A DNA stretch of 64,000 nucleotides from Nitrospirota bacterium (GTDB taxonomy: Bacteria > Nitrospirota > Nitrospiria > 2-01-FULL-66-17). Of the stretch, positions 50,196-60,495 are shown piece by piece. The stretch covers positions 157,704 to 221,703 of the forward strand of contig JBMOMC010000044.1 in assembly GCA_049325335.1 (NCBI GenBank), read 5' to 3'. How positions within the stretch are numbered: position 1 is the first letter of the stretch; every line of letters begins with the position of its first letter. The notes under the pieces were generated by a model, which did not search any database, had not been told where the DNA came from, and saw nothing but the letters and a program-made list of their open reading frames with translations. Made by a program: the position numbers and the translations under genes.

Positions 50196-52364
50196 TTACT
50201 GCGCGGGACGGTCGAACAAGCCCGGCACGGTCAGACGATCCATGCCGGTCGCGCCGACCAACGTCACCATCACCCCGATCTCGTTGCGATCGGGCAAATC
50301 CTGATACGTCAGACTCACGCTCCAACACTGCGCCCGGTACAGCAGGCCGTAATCGATCTCCGTGTAGGCACGGGTCTGTCGGTTGTAGTAGGTCTTGTTG
50401 GCCAACACGAATCCCCCCGGCAGCGCCAGGTGCGCCAGGATCGTGTAGTACTCGGTCTCGACGCGCGGTTCGGTCCGCACCGCCCCCAGCGCCAGCGGGT
50501 CCAGCATATCCCCACGCTGGGGCAAGGCCCCGTCTCGGCCCGTTGTCCGCCTCCCTACCGTCAGGTCGCCGTACGTCCCGGCGAGCACGCGCGCGTCGGT
50601 GTCGAACGACACCAAGGCGCCCGCCGCGTGGTCGTACAATCCGTCGATCTCGACCTGCAGCGCGCGTGGGGTGCGAACGGCCGCCTCGACCCGCAGCGGC
50701 GACCACGCCTCGCCGTCCGGACGGCGCGTCACCCGGAACGATTGGGTGACCCTGGTCCAGAGCGGCTCCCACGCCTCATCACCCGCGCTCCCCGCGCCCG
50801 CCGACGCGCCGACGCGGTTGGTGAGCGTGGCCGTGACCAGATTTTGCTCCGCGATCTCATCGACCTCGTCGAATTGCGGGTACGCGGCTTCGCGAGGGTC
50901 GCCGACGTATGTATAGAGCAGCGCCGGTTCGACGACGTGATGAAGCGAGGAGAACGCGCGATCCCACGCACCGGACACGCCGAGCCCCGCAACCCCCAAA
51001 TGCCTCCGCACGTCGCCGCCAGCCGCGTCGTCGCGCCGGTACACGGTTTCGCGAATGCCCAGGCGCGGTGTGACCACCACGCCGGGCGGAATATTCTGCC
51101 GCCACACCAACAGCGGGAACGCGTCCATTCGCTGCGTGGACGTCCCGGTACGGCGCCAAAAATTCGTGTACGAGGCCTGCGCCGCCACGGCGAGCGGTGA
51201 GCGCGCCACCGGCAGGCTCGGCAGCCGATAGTCGATCCGGGGCAACAGCTGGGTTTGGTCGTCGTCGGGGTTGGCCAGGTCTCGCGTATACCGCGTCAAC
51301 AGGGTCGCGGATTGGCGCGCGTCGTGATACGTGAGAAACAGATTGGACTCGACGAACTGCTTGGTGCGGTCCGCGGTCTGCGTGTGCAGGTCGCGAAGAA
51401 TCGCTTCGTCGCTCAAGTACTGGCCGGATATCCGCAGTTCCAGCCGATCGTTGAATCGAATCGCCTGCGACGTGCTCACCCGACGCCGCAACCGATTCTC
51501 CTCGCGGTCGCGAAACACGTCCACTTCCACCTCGCCCGATGATCGCCGGCTGAGCTTGTACCGGTATTCGATCGTCCCGCCCACGCCGCGCCGCGTGCGC
51601 TCATCCACCGTCACCGTAACATCATGGCTGGGCCCCAACGTGATGAACACGGGCTGGCGAATCTTGAGGCCTTCCCGCGTGCTGTACCCCACGTGGGGCG
51701 TGAGCAGTCCGGTTTGCCGCTCGGTCTTGACCGGCCAGAGCAGGTACGGGAGATACAGAACCGGCACGTCGAGCACGCTGAACACCACGCCCCGAGCCGT
51801 CAAATAGCGTTCCGGTTCAACGCGGAGCCTGCGCGCGCGGATCTTCCACGGCATCCGGCCGTCCGACGGGTCGCACGACGTGATGGTGGCGCGCTCGAAG
51901 CGATAACTCTCGTCCGCCGCGCGTTCGATCCGCGAGCCCGTAATGTAGTAGTGGTCCCGCGCCAGAAACACGCGGCCGTTGGTCAACACGCCGCTTCGGG
52001 CCACCAGATCCACCTCGAACGAGTCGGCGCTGAGCGTGTCCTCCCCTTCGCGCGCGCTGAGACGCCCTTCCGCGATCACACGGCCCGTCCGCCGATACAA
52101 GAGCGCGCGGTCGGCCGTGAGCGACATCCCGCCCTGGTTGAGCCGGACATTGCCTTCCGCGGTCACCAGATCCTGCTCCCGCGAGTAACTCATGTGGTCC
52201 GCGGAGAGATCAACCGGCGTGTCCCCGGTCTGAAACGACCGACGGAGCTGGTCCAGATCGCCGAGATCCGGCGGTTGCGCCGCGGCGGGAGATCCGCCCG
52301 TACCGCTCAACAGGAAGAACGCACCGGCCAGGAGCGCTCGACGAATCGAGCGAGGACGCCCCAC
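50196..52364 (-). CDS. lptD: LPS-assembly protein LptD
   Basis: OstA-like LSADHMSY/AEGNV, ITSCD, VPVLYLPY, RQTGLLTP, YRAQCWS; GTG start overlapping folC stop. Confidence 0.88.
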   Translation of the reverse strand: MGRPRSIRRALLAGAFFLLSGTGGSPAAAQPPDLGDLDQLRRSFQTGDTPVDLSADHMSYSREQDLVTAEGNVRLNQGGMSLTADRALLYRRTGRVIAEGRLSAREGEDTLSADSFEVDLVARSGVLTNGRVFLARDHYYITGSRIERAADESYRFERATITSCDPSDGRMPWKIRARRLRVEPERYLTARGVVFSVLDVPVLYLPYLLWPVKTERQTGLLTPHVGYSTREGLKIRQPVFITLGPSHDVTVTVDERTRRGVGGTIEYRYKLSRRSSGEVEVDVFRDREENRLRRRVSTSQAIRFNDRLELRISGQYLSDEAILRDLHTQTADRTKQFVESNLFLTYHDARQSATLLTRYTRDLANPDDDQTQLLPRIDYRLPSLPVARSPLAVAAQASYTNFWRRTGTSTQRMDAFPLLVWRQNIPPGVVVTPRLGIRETVYRRDDAAGGDVRRHLGVAGLGVSGAWDRAFSSLHHVVEPALLYTYVGDPREAAYPQFDEVDEIAEQNLVTATLTNRVGASAGAGSAGDEAWEPLWTRVTQSFRVTRRPDGEAWSPLRVEAAVRTPRALQVEIDGLYDHAAGALVSFDTDARVLAGTYGDLTVGRRTTGRDGALPQRGDMLDPLALGAVRTEPRVETEYYTILAHLALPGGFVLANKTYYNRQTRAYTEIDYGLLYRAQCWSVSLTYQDLPDRNEIGVMVTLVGATGMDRLTVPGLFDRPAQ

Positions 52365-53659
52365 TAGCCGCGCAGGACCGAGAGCGGTCCGTGGCCTTGA
52401 TAAATCGCTTTGACTTCGCCCACGGTATACAGCGATCCGGTGACCACGCACCAATCCTCGGGCGTCAAACGAGACTCGACGTCCTCGAGCGCGTCCGCCA
52501 CGGTCGGCGCCACGCGGATCGTCGCTGTCAGGGACGACGCGGCGTCGCGCAGCCTATCGATCGGCGCCGCGCGTTGATAGGACGGCTTGGTCAATACGAC
52601 CTCGTCGGCCAGGGCGCCGACGCGCCCGACAATCGTCGGCAAATCCTTGTCGGCCAGAATGCCAAACACGACGACCAACCGTCCGATCCGTCCCGCCGCG
52701 CGCTCGGTTGCGAGAAAGTCCGCCAACGCGGCCGCCCCGGCCGCGTTGTGCGCGCCGTCCAGCAGAATGCGCGGCCGCGACTTGATTAGTTCGAGGCGCC
52801 CGTCCCACCGCACATGCGCCATCCCGCGTGTGATCGCCGTGATCGGGACGGACAACCCGCGCGCGCGCGCGAGTTCGACCGTGGCCAGCGCCGTGGCCGC
52901 GTTCGTGAGTTGGTGCCGCCCCAACAATGGACAACTGAGTCCTTCGATCCGGTCCACGACGCCGTGGTATGAAAACGACGCGGGCGCGTCCCCTTCCACC
53001 CGCACGTCGCGGCCGACCACGGTCAACGGCGCCCCTTGCACCCCCGCGCGGGCCGCCAGCACGCTGAGCGCAACGCCCGACGCGGCCGTGATCACGGGCA
53101 CGCCGGGCTTGATGATGCCGGCTTTCTCGCCCGCGATCGCGGCCACCGAATCTCCCAGATATTGTTGGTGGTCCAGATCCACGTTGGTGATGGCCGACAC
53201 GAGCGGACGTACCACGTTGGTCGCGTCCAGCCTCCCGCCCATCCCGACTTCGATCACGGCCACGTCTACACGGGCCCGCGCGAACGCGAGAAACGCCATC
53301 GCGGTCGTGAACTCAAAAAACGTAGGGTCCACGTCGACCGGTATCCGCGCCCGCAGTTCCTCGGCCAACGAGACCACCGCGTCAGGCGAAATCGGCTGCC
53401 CGTTGATCCGGATGCGCTCGGTAAAATCCACCAAATGGGGCGACGTGTAGAGGCCGACCGTGTACCCGGCCTCCCGCAGGATCGACGCGAGCATCGCCGC
53501 GGTCGATCCCTTGCCGTTGGTCCCGCCCACGTGCAGCACCGGATACCGTTCGTACGGCCGCCCCACCGCATCCAGCAGCCGGTGCACCGGACTCAAATCC
53601 ATCCGAATCCCGTGCCACTGCAGCCGATATAAGAACTCAACTGTCTCTTGGTATTTCAT
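52364..53659 (-). CDS. folC: Folylpolyglutamate synthase/dihydrofolate synthase
   Basis: HVGGTNGKGS, YTSPHL, EVGMGGRLDATN, LDGAHN, GSLYTVG. Confidence 0.96.
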   Translation of the reverse strand: MKYQETVEFLYRLQWHGIRMDLSPVHRLLDAVGRPYERYPVLHVGGTNGKGSTAAMLASILREAGYTVGLYTSPHLVDFTERIRINGQPISPDAVVSLAEELRARIPVDVDPTFFEFTTAMAFLAFARARVDVAVIEVGMGGRLDATNVVRPLVSAITNVDLDHQQYLGDSVAAIAGEKAGIIKPGVPVITAASGVALSVLAARAGVQGAPLTVVGRDVRVEGDAPASFSYHGVVDRIEGLSCPLLGRHQLTNAATALATVELARARGLSVPITAITRGMAHVRWDGRLELIKSRPRILLDGAHNAAGAAALADFLATERAAGRIGRLVVVFGILADKDLPTIVGRVGALADEVVLTKPSYQRAAPIDRLRDAASSLTATIRVAPTVADALEDVESRLTPEDWCVVTGSLYTVGEVKAIYQGHGPLSVLRG

Positions 53660-53682
53660 TGGTTTGGTTTCTTTGTCCCCGT

Positions 53683-53855
53683 GAGCCGGTTGAGGAGGGG
53701 CCAGATGCCCCCTTCGGGGACTTCCAGCATCCCATTTCTTGAAGGTGGGTCGCAAGGCGCCGGCGAGCACCGAACCGGAGCGTACTGTCTCGTACGCGAG
53801 GATCGGATACGGAGCCGGCAACGCCTCAGGTGGCCGTTCATCGACCGGCGTCTAG
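53683..53855. mobile_element. Structured ~170-bp MITE-like/ncRNA element (copy 2)
   Basis: Terminal stem gagccggttga...tcgaccggcgt then CTAG; shares cagaYgcccccttcggggRcttccagca, gggtcgcaag, gcgagcacc, cggcaacgcc with 15847-16034. Confidence 0.7.
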
Positions 53856-54712
53856 AGGCAGGCGAGGAGCGCGGCGAGCGTCGCCTTCATCTTCTTGCGC
53901 TCCACGATCGCGTCGATCATGCCGTGTTCGAGAAGAAACTCCGCGCGCTGGAACCCCGGGGGCAACTGCTGTTTGATCGTTTGTTCAATCACGCGGGGTC
54001 CGGCAAACCCGATCAACGCCTTGGGCTCGGCCAGGATCACGTCGCCCAACGCGGCCACGCTGGCGGACACCCCGCCGTAGGTGGGGTCGGTGAGGATCGA
54101 CACGTACGGCAGCCCGGCCCGCTGCAGCCGACCCACGGCCGCGGATGTCTTGGCCATTTGCATCAAGGACAGGATGCCCTCTTGCATCCGGGCGCCGCCG
54201 GAGGCCGTGACCACCACCAGGGGCGAGCGGTTGGCCTCGGCCCGCTCCGCCGCGCGCACGATTCGCTCGCCGACCACGGATCCCATGCTGCCGCCCATAA
54301 ATCCGAAATGAAACACGCACAGCGCGATCGCGCGGCCTTCGACCGCCCCGGTCCCGCTGACCATCGCGTCGCGGCGGCCGGTCTGCTCCTGTGCGGTCTT
54401 GAGGCGGTCCCGATACCGTTGCGTGTCCCGAAAGCCCAGCGGATCAGCGGGCGCGAGGTCGGCGTCCCACTCCTTAAAACTCCCCTCGTCCAACAGCAAC
54501 CCGATCCGCTCGTCCACCGTAATCGGGAAGTGATAATCGCACTTCGGACAGACCTTGAGGTTGCGGTCGAGCTCCTTGCGGTAAATGATCTCACGGCAGT
54601 GGTTGCACTTGACCCACAGCCCTTCCATGGAGGATTTGCCGCGCTTCTCCGCAGCCCCATCGTCCCCCGGCGTTTGATCCTTGTCTTTTCCCTTTTTCTG
54701 GAACCAGGCCAC
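53852..54712 (-). CDS. accD: Acetyl-CoA carboxylase carboxyltransferase beta subunit
   Basis: WVKCNHC..CPKC zinc finger, [30 protein letters not shown]. Confidence 0.97.
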   Translation of the reverse strand: MAWFQKKGKDKDQTPGDDGAAEKRGKSSMEGLWVKCNHCREIIYRKELDRNLKVCPKCDYHFPITVDERIGLLLDEGSFKEWDADLAPADPLGFRDTQRYRDRLKTAQEQTGRRDAMVSGTGAVEGRAIALCVFHFGFMGGSMGSVVGERIVRAAERAEANRSPLVVVTASGGARMQEGILSLMQMAKTSAAVGRLQRAGLPYVSILTDPTYGGVSASVAALGDVILAEPKALIGFAGPRVIEQTIKQQLPPGFQRAEFLLEHGMIDAIVERKKMKATLAALLACL

Positions 54713-54868
54713 GGTTTTCCGTTAGAAAAAACAGCTCACCGTATCACACCCGAGGCAAATGCGGCAAGCGCGGGGGACCGCCGCAGGGCCTCCAGCCGTG
54801 CATGGGGCCCGGTATGGGAGGAACCCGTGTCCGATACGAGACCGGTCGCCCGGCGCCGACACCGGGCG

Positions 54869-55453
54869 TCAGCTCTGTTGTCCCCGCAGCAGTTTGGCGT
54901 GGCGGATGTAGCCGTCGGCTACGGTATGCGGGTCCAGCCCCACGGCGCGCGCGTATTGGGCAAGGTAGCCGCGCAGATAGGCGTCGTGCGGCAAACCTTT
55001 GACATGGTCCTCTTCGATGAATTGCAGGTAGGCGATGCTGATGCGCGTGTTGCGGGCGATCTCTTGGAGCGGCAGGCCGATGGATTCACGCCGCGCGCGG
55101 AGCGCAGCGCCCGTGACGCCGGTCAGGGACAACGGCAGCGCGGAAGGCGGAACGGTCGGCGCGGAAGCCGTCGTGGGGCCAGTGGAAGCGGGCGCGGCCG
55201 GCGCGGGCGCCCGGCCCAACACGTCTTGATCGTAACGCGCGCGCTGTTCACGGTTGGATAAGGTGCGCCACGCCTCTTCGATGCGCGCGAGCACCTCGGT
55301 GCGTTCCGCAGAATCGAACAACGAATAACTGCCCAATGACGCGCCGCTAAAATGCCGTTTCGCCAGGGCGTACGCGCGGGCCAGTTGCTCCGGCGAGGCG
55401 TCCGGCGAGACTTCCAGGACCTCGTAGAAGTTCTGCTCGCGAAGCGGCTTCAT
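54869..55453 (-). CDS. J-domain-like + XRE/RodZ-type HTH protein
   Basis: NFYEVLEV...IEEAWRTLSN...RARYD (J-like, HFS at the HPD position), then GAALRARRES.G...TRIS..YL..IE...YLRGYL..YAR. Confidence 0.8.
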   Translation of the reverse strand: MKPLREQNFYEVLEVSPDASPEQLARAYALAKRHFSGASLGSYSLFDSAERTEVLARIEEAWRTLSNREQRARYDQDVLGRAPAPAAPASTGPTTASAPTVPPSALPLSLTGVTGAALRARRESIGLPLQEIARNTRISIAYLQFIEEDHVKGLPHDAYLRGYLAQYARAVGLDPHTVADGYIRHAKLLRGQQS

Positions 55454-56406
55454 CCCCGAACGCAGAGATCCAACGCGATCTGTTCCCCCTTGAGGAGATT
55501 GGTCAGGACCCGCTCGACCCCTCGCTGCGAAGGCGCCTCCGGAAACTCCATGGCCGGCGGGCGCTTGCGTTTCATGGCGCGCCACACGCTGTCGTCGTAC
55601 TCCACGTACCCGAGGTACTCGACGCGGATGCCGAAATATTTCGAACAGGAGCTGCGCATGGACAACCCGAGCGCGGCGTCGTCCTGCGAACGGACTTGGT
55701 TGACGACCAATTTGGGCGAGAACTGCGACATGGTTTTGCGCAACCGTCCGCCCACCTCGGGGTCGATCGCCTCCACGCCGGCGATCAAGTCGTGCGGAGT
55801 GCGGATGCCCCGCTCGTTCTTCTGATCCATCGCCGCGGTCACCAAGGCTTTGATCTCCGGGTTGCGCACCGCGCGTTTAAATCGGCGGTAAAACGCGCTC
55901 TTGATGAACCGGTACACGTTTTCGATCGAGGTGGGCTCAGGAATGACGGTGAGGATGCCGCGGTCCGCCGCGAGAAAGAAGTCCAAACAATTAAACGAGG
56001 TGCCCGCGCCCAGATCCAAGATAATGTAATCCACCTCCAGGTCCTGCACCTGGCGGATGAACCGCATCTTTTCGGTGTGGCGGGGATTGGCGATTTCCAG
56101 GAAATCGTGCGCCCCGCTGATCAGTTGCAGCGCGGGCAACGACGTGTCCACCAACACGTCGCCGAGCCGTCTCACGCGGCCTTTGACGAAGTCCGACAAC
56201 GTGGCGTTGGGCGACTCGGCGCCCAACGCGGTATGCAGGTTGGCGCATCCCAAATCGGCATCAATGGCGATGACGCGTTTGCCGAGCCGGGTCAGCCCGA
56301 TGGCCAGGCTCGAGGCGAGGAACGTCTTGCCGGTTCCGCCCTTGCCGCCGCCGATCGCCCAGATTTCGTTTTTCGCCAGGCGGCCGTTGTCGTCTGATCC
56401 AGGCAT
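55450..56406 (-). CDS. MinD/FlhG-like ParA-family ATPase
   Basis: Deviant Walker A GGKGGTGKT, DADLGCANLH, LDLGAGT, PEPTSIEN. Confidence 0.9.
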   Translation of the reverse strand: MPGSDDNGRLAKNEIWAIGGGKGGTGKTFLASSLAIGLTRLGKRVIAIDADLGCANLHTALGAESPNATLSDFVKGRVRRLGDVLVDTSLPALQLISGAHDFLEIANPRHTEKMRFIRQVQDLEVDYIILDLGAGTSFNCLDFFLAADRGILTVIPEPTSIENVYRFIKSAFYRRFKRAVRNPEIKALVTAAMDQKNERGIRTPHDLIAGVEAIDPEVGGRLRKTMSQFSPKLVVNQVRSQDDAALGLSMRSSCSKYFGIRVEYLGYVEYDDSVWRAMKRKRPPAMEFPEAPSQRGVERVLTNLLKGEQIALDLCVRG

Positions 56407-56517
56407 GCGGCTAGTTGTAGCCTAAGCTCGCGTCATTTTCAAGTCCAATTCACGCCGCCCCGGGCTCAGCGGACGCGGCTTGCACTCGCGCCGCGATTCG
56501 CCGTATAGTGGGACCCC

Positions 56518-58230
56518 GTGTCGCCCCTCGACGCCCTGACCAACGAACCCAAGATCGCGTACTTTTCGATGGAGATCGGCCTGCGCACCGATGTCCCGAC
56601 GTACAGCGGCGGCCTGGGCGTGCTCGCCGGCGATACGATTAAGAGCTGCGCGGATCTCAAACTCCCGGTGGTCGCCCTCACCCTGGTCAGCCGCCAAGGG
56701 TATTTTCGGCAAGAAGTGGACGCGCAGGGCCGCCAGAGCGCCCACCCCCTGTCGTGGGACCCGAGCCGGGTGATGACCGTGTTGCCGCCCCGCGTGCGCG
56801 TGACCATCGATCGTCGCCCGGTGGCGGTGGCCGCGTGGCTGTATTGGGTACAAAGTCCGACCGGCGGCCGCGTGCCCGTGCTGTTTTTGGACACGGACCT
56901 GCCGGAGAACGCGGCGGAGCATCGCGCGTTGACCTCAACGCTGTACGGGGGCGACGCGGCGTACCGGTTGCGCCAGGAAGCCATATTGGGCATGGGCGGG
57001 GGCAAGATGCTTCAGGCCCTCGGGGTCACGGTCCGCAAGTATCACCTCAACGAAGGCCATTCCGCCTTGCTCACGCTCGAGTTGCTGGAGCGGTTCCGCC
57101 GCCCGATCGAAAGCGTGTGGCACGAAGACCTGATCTGGGACGTGGAACGCATCAAGGACCTGTGCGTGTTCACCACCCACACGCCGGTGGGCGCGGGGCA
57201 CGACCGGTTTGCGTACGACCTGGTTGAACGCGTGTTGGGCGCGCCCATTCCCCTCCCGGTGATCAAACGGTTCGCGGGCGACGAGGAATTGAACATGACC
57301 CGGCTCGCGCTGAATTTGAGCCGGTTCGTCAACGGAGTGGCCAAGAAACACGGGGAAGTCTCCCGCGCGTTGTTTCCCGGGTACGAGATCTCCGCCATCA
57401 CCAACGGGGTGCACAGCTTCACCTGGACCGGCCCGGACATGGCCGCGGTCTACGACGCGTATCTGCCCGGCTGGGCCAATGACCCCGAGTTGTTGGTCCG
57501 CGTGGACAACATCCCGGACGACGCGCTCTGGCAGGCGCACCAGACGGCCAAAACCCGGCTGATCGCCTTGGTCAAACGCGCCGCCGGAGTGGAGATGCGT
57601 CCGGAGGTGCTGACCATCGGATTTGCCCGCCGCATGACGCAATACAAACGCGCCGATCTGGTCTTCACCGACCTGAAGCGGCTCGCGGACATCGGCGGCG
57701 GCCGACTCCAATTGGTGTTGGCGGGCAAGGCGCACCCCCAAGACCTGCCGGGCCAGCGCATCATCGAACGGCTGTTCCAAGCCATGGACGCATTGCGCCA
57801 AGACATCCCCGTCGTGTTTCTCCCCGACTACACCATGGACATGGCGCTGACCATCGTCTCCGGCTGCGATCTCTGGCTCAATACGCCCCGCCGGCCGCTG
57901 GAAGCCTCCGGCACCAGCGGGATGAAGGCCACCCATAACGGCGTCCCCAATTTCAGCGTGCTCGACGGCTGGTGGATCGAAGGCCACGTCGAAGGCATCA
58001 CGGGGTGGGCCATCGGGCCCCCGCCCCGCGAATCCGCGCCGACCGAAGGGGACGACCAACGGGACGCGCAGGACTTATACGAGAAACTGGACCAGGTCAT
58101 TCTCCCGCTGTATCTGCGGAACCGACCGGGTTGGATCGCGGTGATGAAACACGCGATCGGCAAAAACGCATCGTATTTCAACAGTCACCGCATGATGCGT
58201 CGGTACGTCACCGACGCGTATCTGCGGTAA
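56518..58230 (+). CDS. glgP: Alpha-glucan (glycogen) phosphorylase
   Basis: YFSMEIG, YSGGLGVLAGD, HLNEGH, FTTHTP, AGKAHP, EASGTSGMK. Confidence 0.96.
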   Translation: MSPLDALTNEPKIAYFSMEIGLRTDVPTYSGGLGVLAGDTIKSCADLKLPVVALTLVSRQGYFRQEVDAQGRQSAHPLSWDPSRVMTVLPPRVRVTIDRRPVAVAAWLYWVQSPTGGRVPVLFLDTDLPENAAEHRALTSTLYGGDAAYRLRQEAILGMGGGKMLQALGVTVRKYHLNEGHSALLTLELLERFRRPIESVWHEDLIWDVERIKDLCVFTTHTPVGAGHDRFAYDLVERVLGAPIPLPVIKRFAGDEELNMTRLALNLSRFVNGVAKKHGEVSRALFPGYEISAITNGVHSFTWTGPDMAAVYDAYLPGWANDPELLVRVDNIPDDALWQAHQTAKTRLIALVKRAAGVEMRPEVLTIGFARRMTQYKRADLVFTDLKRLADIGGGRLQLVLAGKAHPQDLPGQRIIERLFQAMDALRQDIPVVFLPDYTMDMALTIVSGCDLWLNTPRRPLEASGTSGMKATHNGVPNFSVLDGWWIEGHVEGITGWAIGPPPRESAPTEGDDQRDAQDLYEKLDQVILPLYLRNRPGWIAVMKHAIGKNASYFNSHRMMRRYVTDAYLR

Positions 58231-58268
58231 CCAGGCATCCACCATCGCACCGCGAAAGGACCATTTCC

Positions 58269-58769
58269 ATGAACGCACCCTCTCCATTCGATTGGCTGAA
58301 AGACCTCTGCACGCACTTTGACTGGCTGCACGGCAGCGCCTTGGCCCTTGCCGACGGCCGCCCGATTACCCCGCGCAGCGAGATCCCCGATCACGCGGTG
58401 GGCGAAATCATGCGCGCGTTCTCCCGGGTCCAAGACACCCTCGCCTCGCGGCAAGCCGAACGCGATACGCTGGTCAGCGCGCTCGCGGCGCGCGACGAGG
58501 AGCTCGCGGCCCTGCGCGCGGACGCGGAAGCGGTCCGTCGCGAACTGGTGGAGACCCGCTCGGCGCTGACTGATACGCGGCGAACGCTCGATGACCGTGA
58601 GCGCGGGTGGGAGGAAACCCAGTCCAAATGGCAACACGAACGGCGGCTGCTGGACGAGCGCCTCGCCGGAACGGAACACCGCCTGCGCGACGTGACCGCA
58701 CGCCTGTCCGAACACGCCCGGACGTTGAGCGCGGTGGCCGCTGATTTGTCGACCGCGGCGGCGAATTGA
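58269..58769 (+). CDS. Coiled-coil hypothetical protein
   Basis: AAGGA RBS, heptad-rich E/R/L/A C-terminal half. Confidence 0.6.
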   Translation: MNAPSPFDWLKDLCTHFDWLHGSALALADGRPITPRSEIPDHAVGEIMRAFSRVQDTLASRQAERDTLVSALAARDEELAALRADAEAVRRELVETRSALTDTRRTLDDRERGWEETQSKWQHERRLLDERLAGTEHRLRDVTARLSEHARTLSAVAADLSTAAAN

Positions 58770-58853
58770 CCCGGTGACCCGCGGGGCTCGTTGCGGGCGC
58801 CGAGGGCGGTATGGTACAAACAGCGCGTTTGACCCGACCTACAAGGAGTGTCT

Positions 58854-59222
58854 ATGCGTATGGCGCAATTACGCCGACTGATGCCGAGCGCGTCGGCCAC
58901 GCCTCTGAGCAGACTGGCGAACAAGATCCGGCGATTCGTGTTGTGCCTGACGGCCGCCGATTACATCCAAGAACAGGCCGCGCTCCGGCAAGGCGAGTGC
59001 GTGGGATGCGGGCGCTGTTGCAAGCTGGTCTTTCAGTGCCCCTTCCTGGGAGGCACCGACGAGAATCCGCGCTGCCTGATCTATAACAGCGCGCGGCCCA
59101 ACCAGTGCGCGGCGTTCCCGATCGACGAACGCGATCTGGCCGACGTGAACTATCTGTGCAGCTACAGTTTCACGCAGCCGGCGCCCCAGTCCCAGCAATT
59201 GCTGACCCTGGTATACGACTAA
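58854..59222 (+). CDS. CxxCxxCC (YkgJ-like) cysteine-cluster protein
   Basis: CVGCGRCC, CPFL, CLIY, RP.QC..FP; AAGGAG RBS. Confidence 0.82.
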   Translation: MRMAQLRRLMPSASATPLSRLANKIRRFVLCLTAADYIQEQAALRQGECVGCGRCCKLVFQCPFLGGTDENPRCLIYNSARPNQCAAFPIDERDLADVNYLCSYSFTQPAPQSQQLLTLVYD

Positions 59223-59281
59223 GGACGAAGCCCCCCTCGGACAGCACCGGGGGGCCATGCACACTCACCAAGGACACGACC

Positions 59282-60205
59282 ATGCAGGAACGCGTTCGGA
59301 CGATTCTCAGCGGGTACACCGCGGACAACGCGGGCGTGAAAACCAACCTCGCCCGCCTGCTCAATCACGGCACCTTGGCCGGCACCGGCAAACTCGTCAT
59401 CCTGCCGGTGGACCAGGGATTCGAACACGGCCCGGCGCGCAGTTTCGCGCCCAACGCGGGCGGATACGAGCCGCAGTACCACTTCCGATTGGCGATCGAC
59501 GCGGGCTGCAACGCATACGCCGCGCCGTTGGGCTTTCTGGAAGCCGGAGCCGCGGATTTCGCGGGCGACGTGCCGTTGATCCTCAAACTCAATAACCACG
59601 ACTCACTCCACGACGAGAAAGATCCGCTCCCCTCGCAAACCGCCTCGGTGCGCGATGCATTACGGTTGGGTTGCGCCGCGGTCGGGTATACGATTTACCC
59701 CGGCTCGTCGCGTTGCCAGACCATGTACGAGCAGTTGCGGGCCATCGCGGAAGAAGCCAAGGCCGCGGGCTTGGCCGTGGTGGTGTGGTCATACCCGCGA
59801 GGATCGTCGCTGACCAAGGAAGGCGAAACTGCGATCGACGTGGTCGCGTACGCGGCCCAAATCGCCGCGCAGCTCGGCGCGCACATCATCAAGGTCAAGC
59901 TCCCCACCGAACATATCGAACAGGCCGCGGCCAAGAAGGTCTATGACGCCAAAGCCATCCCGATCAAAACCCTGGCCGATCGCGTGCGCCACGTGGTGCA
60001 GTCCGCGTTCAACGGCCGGCGCATCGTCATCTTCTCGGGCGGCGCCAAGGAAGACGACGAGCGCGTGTTCAACGAAGCGCGCGCCATCCGCGACGGCGGC
60101 GGCTTCGGCTCCATCATCGGCCGCAACTCCTTCCAACGCGCCAACGCCGACGCGCTGAAGTTCCTCGATGCCATCATGAAGATCTACGCGGGGAAGATCC
60201 AGTAA
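59282..60205 (+). CDS. fbaB: Class I fructose-bisphosphate aldolase (DhnA/FbaB type)
   Basis: ILPVDQGFEHGP, WSYPRG, IIKVKLP, FSGG, GSIIGRNSFQR. Confidence 0.94.
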   Translation: MQERVRTILSGYTADNAGVKTNLARLLNHGTLAGTGKLVILPVDQGFEHGPARSFAPNAGGYEPQYHFRLAIDAGCNAYAAPLGFLEAGAADFAGDVPLILKLNNHDSLHDEKDPLPSQTASVRDALRLGCAAVGYTIYPGSSRCQTMYEQLRAIAEEAKAAGLAVVVWSYPRGSSLTKEGETAIDVVAYAAQIAAQLGAHIIKVKLPTEHIEQAAAKKVYDAKAIPIKTLADRVRHVVQSAFNGRRIVIFSGGAKEDDERVFNEARAIRDGGGFGSIIGRNSFQRANADALKFLDAIMKIYAGKIQ

Positions 60206-60290
60206 GGGAAAAACGGTGGGGTGAAGGGGGGAACCGGCGATAACACCTAGACCTTTTCCCCGGTTCGCCCACTCGCCCCCTCTCCGGCTC
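60206..60290. repeat. Intergenic hairpin made of ~8-bp degenerate units (copy D)
   Basis: ggggtgaa ggggggaa ccggcga ... cccggtt cgcccact cgccccct ctccggct after the fbaB stop. Confidence 0.55.
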
Positions 60291-60338
60291 AATCTTCATG
60301 GGTGCGTCCGCCCGTCCTACTCCGTCCCCATTAATTCG

Positions 60339-60461
60339 ATCATCGCGTTGTGCCGCGAGTCCGGCGTACGCGTGCTGCTGACGGAAGATCGCGACTTCGA
60401 CAGATTCACGGGGTTACGAATCGAACGCCTGCCGGGAACGAGCCGAGAAATCGAGAAATAA
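60339..60461 (+). pseudogene. C-terminal fragment of a PIN-domain (VapC) toxin
   Basis: Translates IIALCRESGVRVLLTEDRDFDRFTGLRIERL...* (LLTxDxDF PIN motif); no N-terminal half or start in frame. Confidence 0.7.
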
Positions 60462-60495
60462 ATCTGCCCCCGGGTCTACTATCCGGCTCAGATCT

